From: a virus
Lineage: Duplodnaviria > Caudoviricetes
Length of the DNA: 64,000 nt
IMG/VR virus record: IMGVR_UViG_2706796186_000001
Location: 160,001-224,000 of that record
Direction: 5' to 3' (one strand)
Every line of letters starts with the position of its first letter. Within the stretch, counting starts at the first letter, position 1. Below are positions 38,470 through 47,000 of the stretch, piece after piece. The notes beneath the pieces were generated by a model, which made no database searches, was not told the origin of the DNA, and saw only the letters and a program-made list of their open reading frames with translations. The position numbers were made by a program, and so were the translations under genes.

Positions 38470-38922
38470 GTGTCTACGACTCTAATCAATTACGATTTAG
38501 TAGTGCAAGAACTTTCCAAGGGGTTGGTTGCCCTCGACAGCGAAACGGCGTTGCGTTGCAATATGCTTCCCCATATCGCGCTCAGTGAGTTCCGCACCAT
38601 TCGTTATGGTGCCGGACGCCAGAACGGGGTAACCGAACATGCTTCAAAATTAGCTGCGGAGCATAATGGCCCAGCACTGGTTCTTACGCATGCGGTGTCG
38701 TTACGGGACGATTTCATGTTTCGTGTCGAAGGTAACTTTCCGGGTAAGGGCAACATCACTTCGTTATGTGGGTACTTCCCCGACAATTGGCGAGTTGAGA
38801 AGTTCAGTCTCGTTATTGTTGATGAAGCCGGTTTCTTCTTTAAGAAATTTGGCTACGATAAAATCTATCGCAGTCTGGCAACACAAACGACTGACGATGT
38901 TGTGATTCACCTGATTAACTGA
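38470..38922 (+). CDS. Small degenerate P-loop protein (terminase/helicase-ATPase-like)
   Basis: GRQNGVT (Walker A lacking Lys) and LVIVDEAGF (Walker B). Start is uncertain (38461 or 38470). Confidence 0.6.
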   Translation: MSTTLINYDLVVQELSKGLVALDSETALRCNMLPHIALSEFRTIRYGAGRQNGVTEHASKLAAEHNGPALVLTHAVSLRDDFMFRVEGNFPGKGNITSLCGYFPDNWRVEKFSLVIVDEAGFFFKKFGYDKIYRSLATQTTDDVVIHLIN

Positions 38923-38930
38923 GGTTTGTA

Positions 38931-39095
38931 ATGTCCCAAGTAGAAAAAGAAGTCATCGCACAAGCAGATACCACCACACTGGACGATTTGTTCGGGGGTG
39001 ATATTCCGGGCGTGGATGAGAATGCAGTAGTTGAAGGTGGTGTTGATGCGGCCGCTGAAGACGACAACTGTGCAGGCGGTGCCTGCAAAATTTAA
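38931..39095 (+). CDS. 54-aa acidic peptide ending in an RNR-alpha-like redox tail (not in the ORF track)
   Basis: RBS GAGG at 38921; MSQVEKEVIAQADTTTLDDLFGGDIPGVDENAVVEGGVDAAAEDDNCAGGACKI. Confidence 0.8.
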   Translation: MSQVEKEVIAQADTTTLDDLFGGDIPGVDENAVVEGGVDAAAEDDNCAGGACKI

Positions 39096-39101
39096 CAAGA
39101 G

Positions 39102-39136
39102 CGGGTGTCCTTATGGACACCCCTATTTCATTTTTT
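39102..39136 (+). terminator. Probable terminator
   Basis: GGGTGTCC-TTAT-GGACACCC followed by a T-rich tail. Confidence 0.7.
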
Positions 39137-39150
39137 AAGGACTATCAGAA

Positions 39151-39984
39151 ATGCAACAGACTTTTGAGTTACCGATTGAACACAAAGCCATCATCCTGAA
39201 TAGCGCTATCTTAGATTTCGTCATGCCTCAGTTGGCGGCTGCCGGTAAACGGATGTCTCGCATTACGCGTCTGGCACTCAGCAGTGAAGGCCCACAGACG
39301 CTGGTTAACGGTTTTACCTTTGAAGGTGAACCGGCAGAATTCCACGCGATGTTGCGTTATCACACCGCGCTCGACTTCCACAAAGAGCCGGTCTACCATA
39401 ACCGCATCGTCCCGCTGTACCGTGTGTCACAATGTGTGGCCAAAGTCATTGGCTGGTCAACTGACCGCGGTATTCTGGAAAACGGCCGTTGGGACTCACA
39501 GGGTACCAAGCTGTATGAAGAAGACGGTGAAGCCGCAACTGGCGTGGGTAAAAACAAAAAGCGTCTGATCATCGACGGTATCGGTGATGCGCTGGTTGTA
39601 CTGGTCAACGTACTGGAACTGACCAGCATCGATGCGGCAGAAATTGCGCACATCTATCAGCTGGTTCGTGACACCAAAACGGTGGTGGATAACCCACACT
39701 ACCATTTCCACAAGATGCGTAAGAACCTGACCGAAGTGGTCGATGTGGTTTACGAATGCGAAGCCATCGATTCGCCGAAGAAAGTGGAAATCGGTCGCTT
39801 AACGCACGACGAGCGTCAGCAGATGTTGGGCCATGCGCAGCAGGCAATCCATCATGCCAACCAACTGGCACGCCGTTACGATTACTCGCTGGATGAGTGC
39901 TTCTCTCTGGCGTGGGATGAAATCAAAGACCGTAAAGGTTTCCTGAACGCTGACGGTGTGTTCATCAAAGAAGCCGACGCTTAA
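39151..39984 (+). CDS. MazG-like nucleotide pyrophosphohydrolase
   Basis: W..DRGI, KLYEEDGE, DGIGDALVVL, ECF..AWDEIKDRKG....GVFIKE. Confidence 0.85.
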   Translation: MQQTFELPIEHKAIILNSAILDFVMPQLAAAGKRMSRITRLALSSEGPQTLVNGFTFEGEPAEFHAMLRYHTALDFHKEPVYHNRIVPLYRVSQCVAKVIGWSTDRGILENGRWDSQGTKLYEEDGEAATGVGKNKKRLIIDGIGDALVVLVNVLELTSIDAAEIAHIYQLVRDTKTVVDNPHYHFHKMRKNLTEVVDVVYECEAIDSPKKVEIGRLTHDERQQMLGHAQQAIHHANQLARRYDYSLDECFSLAWDEIKDRKGFLNADGVFIKEADA

Positions 39985-40016
39985 TTCACGTCCACTAACA
40001 ATGCAGGAGTAGGACA

Positions 40017-40871
40017 ATGGAATACCAATTATTTCTCATCACGAACGACTTTACCAAATCCTTTGTGGACGAGTCGTTTCATGCCACGGTAGTTGCGCCG
40101 ACAGAGGCCGCTGCTCGTTGGATTGTTGCCCAGCAATGTACTGACCTTCCGATGAATGAAGTGCAGGCTGCGGTAGCTTTTGCAGTGGGTAAGATTGACG
40201 CCCCTGCCGAGGGAATAATTTCTTTTGAGTTCGGGAAACGTAATCGGTTCCCGCTTGTTAACCTCGACGCCTACAAGCGCCGTGAAGAGTTCGTTGAAGT
40301 TGAGCTGCATGGCGGAATACAACCGACACACGATATTCATCCGCCGGTGCCGGGTGCGGTGGTCAAATGTTTCGCGAGCAAAGAGCATCCGCGAATCGTG
40401 TTGATCCGCAGCACACTCAAAACCAGCACGCCGACCCTCATTGAAGAAGTGGGTGTGACGAACGAAGCCACATCGGTTCAGCTTTACACTGTTCATTCGC
40501 CGTCGGCGTATGCCGAGGTGGCAAAAGGTGAAGTCTTCACCACTGAGTACATCAATCTGTTTGGTTGTGAAGATGTCCTGCTGTTCCGCACGCTCATCAT
40601 TCGCAACACCGAGCTGGCTTATCAGGACAAACGCACGGAAGGGTTATTGCAGGAACTGCAATCGTTCTTCACCGAAGGGGGCGATCGTAACAGCATGGAA
40701 GTGGGCATCAGCTACTATCCGGGCCAGAAGTTGACCATTGCTGATCCCACCAAGGTGGTGCTGTGGGTCATGTCGTTACCGCAGGTCATCACCCTCGACC
40801 GGACGATTACGGAAGAGAGCCTCAAGCCGATTGCAGGCACTAACTGCCACACCCTGAACGCGGGAGAGTAA
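40017..40871 (+). CDS. Hypothetical protein
   Basis: RBS AGGAG. Confidence 0.75.
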   Translation: MEYQLFLITNDFTKSFVDESFHATVVAPTEAAARWIVAQQCTDLPMNEVQAAVAFAVGKIDAPAEGIISFEFGKRNRFPLVNLDAYKRREEFVEVELHGGIQPTHDIHPPVPGAVVKCFASKEHPRIVLIRSTLKTSTPTLIEEVGVTNEATSVQLYTVHSPSAYAEVAKGEVFTTEYINLFGCEDVLLFRTLIIRNTELAYQDKRTEGLLQELQSFFTEGGDRNSMEVGISYYPGQKLTIADPTKVVLWVMSLPQVITLDRTITEESLKPIAGTNCHTLNAGE

Positions 40872-40872
40872 T

Positions 40873-41373
40873 ATGTTTGATGTGGACGTCGTCCCCCAAG
40901 GGGACGAGTTCGCAGTACAGATAAACGGCGTCACCATCTGTGTCTGCGACGAACAACGGGCTAACTTCTGGCGTTGCTGTACGGGAGCAGATAAAGTCTT
41001 CGTCAGCTGTGACGTCGGTGTGTCGTTTGGTGAAGAACCACTGCGGTTGTGTAAGTTCCGTATCACTGAAACGGAAATGCGCACGTTCCTCGGACAGGTA
41101 GTCTACACCTACGACCATCTCGACCATGAGAACCGTGTGGGTTGGGTAGAAATTGACCCGACCATCATGCGGACGTTACGTCAGGACGCTGAGGAGATTG
41201 TTGAGTCACAAAGCATGTGGCTTGATGAGGATGACGTGTACCCGAAAGGGGTACCGTTTATCCTTATCCATCCCGAACGCAACAGCCGTACTGGGGAAGC
41301 CTTTATTGAGCTGATGTTTATCGAAATGCCGGAGAACGATGATGTCGAAGAAAAAGAACCAGCTGACTTTTAA
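40873..41373 (+). CDS. Hypothetical protein
   Basis: RBS GGAG. Confidence 0.75.
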   Translation: MFDVDVVPQGDEFAVQINGVTICVCDEQRANFWRCCTGADKVFVSCDVGVSFGEEPLRLCKFRITETEMRTFLGQVVYTYDHLDHENRVGWVEIDPTIMRTLRQDAEEIVESQSMWLDEDDVYPKGVPFILIHPERNSRTGEAFIELMFIEMPENDDVEEKEPADF

Positions 41374-41785
41374 TGCTGATAGTCAGACCATCAGCGTAAA
41401 CGGAAAGAACTGGGGTAACCTCGGATTGGCAGCATGGGTGCTGGAACGTCTGGCGAACCGCTCTACCCGTTTCGGGGGTCTCGACTTTGTCATCATCGAC
41501 GAACCGCTCAAGTACGAACCGTGGCAGAATTTTCATGCCGTCGAAATGTACAGTGCGATTCCGAACATGGTAATCTCAAAGGTGCTGGCAGAACAGAACT
41601 ACCGTGGTGGTTTTACCAACCCGCATTGGGCACTGACCTCGAGTCAGAAGTACGGCATTGAAGTGCCGTTGCTGAACAAAGTCCCACCGGACATTGGTGA
41701 AGATGCATTGGTGTTCTTCTTCTCCTACGACCACGCTGAACCAAACAGCGAGTTCCAGTGGACGATGCTGCATCAGATGCGTTAA
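41339..41785 (+). CDS. Hypothetical protein
   Basis: RBS GGAG; ends at a terminator. Confidence 0.7.
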   Translation: MMSKKKNQLTFNADSQTISVNGKNWGNLGLAAWVLERLANRSTRFGGLDFVIIDEPLKYEPWQNFHAVEMYSAIPNMVISKVLAEQNYRGGFTNPHWALTSSQKYGIEVPLLNKVPPDIGEDALVFFFSYDHAEPNSEFQWTMLHQMR

Positions 41786-41833
41786 ATAAAAAGACTACCT
41801 ACTCCCGAAGGAGTAGGTAGCTTTATTTTTTTT
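41783..41833. terminator. Conserved bidirectional terminator, copy 3
   Basis: TAAATAAAAAGACTACCTACTCC-CGAA-GGAGTAGGTAGCTTTATTTTTT at a convergent junction. Confidence 0.85.
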
Positions 41834-41835
41834 GC

Positions 41836-44025
41836 TTACAGGTCACCACGCGCCGTACCGGTGAACGCCGTGAAGACGTTGGCCACCATACGGGCAGGAG
41901 GGAGGTCGAAGAACTTGTTCATAATCGCACCCTGCGAGAAGGCAGATTTCCATGACTGGAACTGCACGTTCGCATTCTGCGTGGCTTTCGCCCAACCACT
42001 GGTACGTTGGTGTAAGGTTGCGGAACCCAGCACCGCCATGAAGTCGGAGAACTTGTTATCGTCATCCCACACGCCGGTATCGGTTACGATAGGCATGTAC
42101 ATGGTGCGTGACATGTCACGGATGGTCACGTTGATGTCACAAGACAGTGGCACACCGTCAGTACGCCAGCCCAGACCACCGACACCGAAGTTCAGACTCA
42201 CGTTCGTCACCATGGCGTTACGCATCGAGTAGCGACCTCGAGAGTAGGCTTCCAGATAGAACGGGTGTGTGAACGACTGCTTACCGGTGGCTAACGGGCA
42301 GACTGCGGCTAACCAGAAGGCCACGGGGAGAATCAGGTCTTGGAAGACGTCTAAGTCCCCACCTGACCAACAGCGACACGGAATGGTAAAGGAGATGTCA
42401 TCACCGGACGTGTCTGACGAATCCCACACTTCTGGGAAGTCAATCACCGACGAGTTATAGAGTGACATAATCCCGGATAAGTGGAGGAAGTCCAATGCCC
42501 CTGCAAAGGCTGACTTCAATCCGGTGATTAACCCATCCACACCGTCAATACCGGTTTTCCCGCCTGCCAGACTCACTTCCAGCGAACGGGCCTTTTGGGT
42601 GGCAGAGTTGACCGTACCGGAAATCTCTGGTTCCTTGGTCGAGTTACTGAACGTGCGGGTCGTGGTGTCACGTCCGTTAATCTTCCAAGTTACCCACTGT
42701 GAACCGTTACTGAGTTCGTCCCCAGCCTGTTGCACAATCCCATCGGTAATCTTCGAGAATTCCCCGAACATGGTACCGAAGGTACTCTTCTCCCCTTCGC
42801 GCATCCAGTTCTCAATTTTACCGGTGTCTTTTGCCAACGCTTCGCCGTTGTCGTCCGCCCCATTGTTGTTCGCCATGGTTTGGGCTTGGAGTTGCTGTTG
42901 GGCAACGTCTGCCGATTTTAAGAACTGCTGCTCACCACCACCCGCACTGTCAGCGTCTGCAAACTTCGCGGTCATGTTATCCAACACTTGGTCTTCACTC
43001 ATGTCCGGGTTCTCAACACCTTTATAACCGGCACTGGTACGTGCAAGTTGTTCAAGGGTTGACAGCGAGACTTCAAACGAAGCAGCCTTGTCCAGATACT
43101 GGCGACTGTACGTCATGGTCTTGTAGAACGACTGAATCTTCGTGGCCATCTCTGCTTCGGTTTTGGAGGTGGCTTTGATTTCTTCAATCGTCTTCGCTTG
43201 GAAGTTTGCAAGCGTCTGGTAACGGTTAATCATTCGATAGATGTCGAACTCCCCGTTAGACTTCCAGATATCCGGCAGGCCCGCGTAGATGTCTTCCTTG
43301 TTCGCGGTGAAGTTTTTGTTTTTGTCCTCATCGTTCTTGGCAAGCCCGAATGAGGAGAGTATCCCCGTTGGCACCAGACGACGATAAAGCAACTGCGTGT
43401 TGACGATGTTCTGCACAGCACGTAAGTACAGGTGCATGGTCGGCTTCACGTAGTAATACTTCGAAGACTGTTTGTCGAGGACGGCTTTCATGATTCGTGG
43501 GGTAATCAGGATAAGCGCGAACGCGACCGTACCCACGGTGGCCCAGATAGCGGCCGCAGCGGTGTACGAGGCCAGTGAACGAATGACACCCGGATAGTCA
43601 CCTGTACGGGCGAGATATGCGAGCTTCGAGTCGTACATGTTGGCAAAGAAGGCAGCGACACCGAGATAGCGTGGCTTACCAAAACGGCAGTGCAGATAGA
43701 AGGCGTTCTGCTCAATGGATTCGTAATAGTACGCACCTAAGCGATACGACCCTTGGGCGGAGAACGACTCAAACCACCGGCGGTTACTCTGCGGGCCGGG
43801 GGCTTCTTTGGGTACCGCTAACGCACCGGTAATCGGTGGGTCAGCAAAGAACGTAAATTGGGGTGGTGCATTTAACGCGGCGTTACCGCCCACTGTGGTG
43901 TCACTGAATGACAGCAGAGCATCGGAGTACGTACGCGTGTTGTAGAAACGGGTATCCCGTGGCAACTTCATACTGCCAAACAATCCGTTCACCCACGTTG
44001 TGTCGTTGAGCGATCGTGTATCCAC
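41836..44025 (-). CDS. Virion baseplate/tail-associated protein (phiKZ gp182-like position)
   Basis: 729 aa, directly downstream of the large tail protein; C-terminal tube/hub-like motif (VTNVSL.FG....W...G.PL..DI.VTI.D). Confidence 0.65.
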   Translation of the reverse strand: MDTRSLNDTTWVNGLFGSMKLPRDTRFYNTRTYSDALLSFSDTTVGGNAALNAPPQFTFFADPPITGALAVPKEAPGPQSNRRWFESFSAQGSYRLGAYYYESIEQNAFYLHCRFGKPRYLGVAAFFANMYDSKLAYLARTGDYPGVIRSLASYTAAAAIWATVGTVAFALILITPRIMKAVLDKQSSKYYYVKPTMHLYLRAVQNIVNTQLLYRRLVPTGILSSFGLAKNDEDKNKNFTANKEDIYAGLPDIWKSNGEFDIYRMINRYQTLANFQAKTIEEIKATSKTEAEMATKIQSFYKTMTYSRQYLDKAASFEVSLSTLEQLARTSAGYKGVENPDMSEDQVLDNMTAKFADADSAGGGEQQFLKSADVAQQQLQAQTMANNNGADDNGEALAKDTGKIENWMREGEKSTFGTMFGEFSKITDGIVQQAGDELSNGSQWVTWKINGRDTTTRTFSNSTKEPEISGTVNSATQKARSLEVSLAGGKTGIDGVDGLITGLKSAFAGALDFLHLSGIMSLYNSSVIDFPEVWDSSDTSGDDISFTIPCRCWSGGDLDVFQDLILPVAFWLAAVCPLATGKQSFTHPFYLEAYSRGRYSMRNAMVTNVSLNFGVGGLGWRTDGVPLSCDINVTIRDMSRTMYMPIVTDTGVWDDDNKFSDFMAVLGSATLHQRTSGWAKATQNANVQFQSWKSAFSQGAIMNKFFDLPPARMVANVFTAFTGTARGDL

Positions 44026-44070
44026 GTTAACCTCACTTATGGAAATGGGGGAGGTTTCCCTCCCCCGTTG

Positions 44071-47000
44071 TTAGCCCGTCTTACGTGAGACGTTCAGACT
44101 TGGGGCTGGTTGTGGGTATGTCTGCGTTGACTTCGGTGCAGGGCCACTCGGTGGGCTGGATGGCCCCATCGGTGCACCCGACTGCATCAGTTTCCGCATG
44201 TCCTCCAGAATCGCTTTGATATCCTTCGTGACTTGCAGTTGCTGATCCGCAACCGTGGCGTTCGAGAACCCGCCAGCGGCTGGAGACATATCTGAAGACA
44301 ATGGTGCTTGACCTCCGCCTCCAGTCTGCGCAGCGCGCTGTGCCGCGCCTGCTTTGACCTTCTCCACATCCTTCGGAGAGAGACCATCCGCAGCCGCTTG
44401 TTTCGCAACCTCGTCGGCAACGTTTGACATATCGGAACTGCCTGACGCCGTACCACCCGGCAGTGCGGGGCCGTTCGACATAGTGGCGACTGCATTGTCT
44501 GCGGCCATTGCCCCTTTTGTCTCCATTGCCCCGTCTCGGCGGTTTTCGTTATCGGCGGGCAGGTTTTGGCCTGCACCGGCCGCAGTACCTTCCATGGACG
44601 GGTCGTTTGCAGCAGCACCCGAGGAAACCGCAGGACTTGATGACGTTGGCGCGCCCGGAGACAACCCATTAATAGCTTGTTTTGTCTTCGACGGATCAGC
44701 CGTCATTTCGTTCGCAGTTACCGCACCCATACGGCCATTCAATTCACGAATGACCTCATCCAACGTACGAAGTCTTCCTTGTTTGGTGTAGAACACACTC
44801 TGGTTCCCAGCCAACACTTTGCGGGTAACCGGCGGTGCCGCAGTGGCTGGTGCGTTCGGGTTCTTCGCCCATGCTTGCATGAACTGACGCCCACCACCCG
44901 GACCTAAGAAGTGGTAGAGGTATGCCACCGCAGGCGGTGGTGCCTTACCACCCAAGTCTTTCTGGGCTTTCATGATGTTATCACGAATGAACTGCACACC
45001 CAGAATGGTGTTCGCGTGTGGGTCGAATTGCCCCCCTGAACTGGCCATCAGCTGTCCAGGAATACCAAACTGTCGTCCATATTGCCCCAGTTGTGAATCC
45101 CAAGTGGAGTTAATGAACTGGAAGAGACCAGCGGCAGACGCATACGGGTTTTTCGCCTTGTAGTTAAACTTCGACTCGGCATACGCCATCCCCAATGCCA
45201 CACTCGGTGGTACCCCCATGGAACGCGCAACATCGGATATCATCTGTTTGACGCGCTCCTCACTGTTCAGTGAGCCAACCGGGTACTTCTCTGCCAACTG
45301 CTTATAACTACCCGGTTCCACATCCCCGAGCTTGATACCGACACTGCCCGTGGAAATAGCCGCATAGTTCTTCGCACCCCCCATCGCATCCACAGCTTGA
45401 TTGATGTCCGTTGGTGTACCGGTGAAAGTACCGCCCCCGAACCCACCTGCTGCTTTTGCGGCCTTCTGGTCTTCTGCCGTAAAGAACGTCGACTCACCGT
45501 CGTCCTTGGTCTGGTAGAAGCTCGTGTTGGTGTTCTTGTCTGCCCACTTCGCACGTTTGCCCATCGGCTTTTTGTCGTTGAGTAAGTTGCGCACCGCAAG
45601 GTCAGCCTCTTTCGAGAGCACCTTCAAGGTTTCCAGTTCTTTCGAGACCGAACCGGGGTCCATGTTCGGGTCTTGACCAAACGGGTTAATCGCCACTTCC
45701 CAGACTGACTGTCGGATATCCGCTTTCATGTTGTAAGCACGGCTGGTCAGTAAGCCCAGCTCAAACAGATAACCCCCGGTCAGTTTCACATTCAACGGAT
45801 CACCCGTTGGCACGAACCGATGGTAACCACAGACGTAGAACATAAAGGTCGGCAGGAAACGACTGGTGAACCACAGACGCAACTTCTCAGACCGGTTCGG
45901 GTCTTTCCACCCTTGCGGTTCGATAACGTCCATCGCTTCTGTCCATTTCCCTTTGTACGATGCGTTCTTGATGTCGATGTTCGGCAACACGAAGCGTTCC
46001 AGCATTTTCAGCTGACCTACAATCGCAGGGTCGAGTTCCTTCAAACCGTACGTTTTGAAACGAATCGATTCAAGGGCATCCACATCTTTCTGATTCAAGA
46101 CCGCGAACTGATCGACCTGAATCTGAATTTGCTCCGTACCGTCCTCCCACCCGTTTGGACGTGGGGCGTTCTCGCGGGTTTCTTTGTCGGTGGCGGCAAG
46201 TGCGCTGAAGGCTTCTTTCACACCGGACTCTTCAATGCCTCGGGCTTCCAGTGCGCCTTTGTTGAACTTCCGGTTCTTCTTGTCTTCCATACGGCGGTTA
46301 ATGCCACGGAGCACGTCTTCCTGCACGTCCATGACATCATCGGCGTCGAGTAAGTCAGGCGAGGTGAAGGTCACCGCGTCCTTAAACTTCTGCCACAAAC
46401 TCCGGTCAACATTCCGAGGGTCAGTCAGCGCACGCAGATGTGGGGCATCTTTGGTGAGCTGGACTTTGTTGAAGATAGACTTCATCTCGGACTTGCTGAC
46501 TTTGTTTGCGTTCCCGACATCCGCTAACTGGATATCACGCTCTTGGGCATAGAGCGCAGACAACCAACGCAGATAAATCGGAATGAAACGCTGGAGCATC
46601 ATCGCTTGGAAGGCGAGCATCCCGGACTTGTCATCCTCGGCCACACCAAACCCAACGGCTAACTCCTGCACTTCTTTCGCGCCTAAACCACGACAAGTGG
46701 CTTGTCCCGTTTCATTGAAGCTCACGTACTGCTTCAACTGTTTCTCGAGGTAGCGGGCTTTAGCACCGTCGTCCGACGACCACTTATCGTAGTCTTGGAA
46801 ACCGTACTGTGCCAGACGTAAAGTATCGAGGTATTCGGTGTAAGTCGTGGTCGCAATCTTAAAGGCAGCCCATGTCAGGCCAACCACTGCACCCACGGCC
46901 AGAATCACCGGCCAACCGACCGCGGTGACTACCGCACCCGCCGCTGTCGCAACTGGCATGATAAGCCCACGCATCGCGGCACCCCCGAGCATACGTGCAC

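Noticed and set aside
41339-41785. VIIDEP (and LILTDAHH in 986..1531) as Walker B motifs
   Set aside because: No matching Walker A or other NTPase motif is present.
15276-41833. Repeated palindromes as a CRISPR array or MITE
   Set aside because: Copies are single and kilobases apart, with no spacers, target-site duplications, cas or transposase genes.
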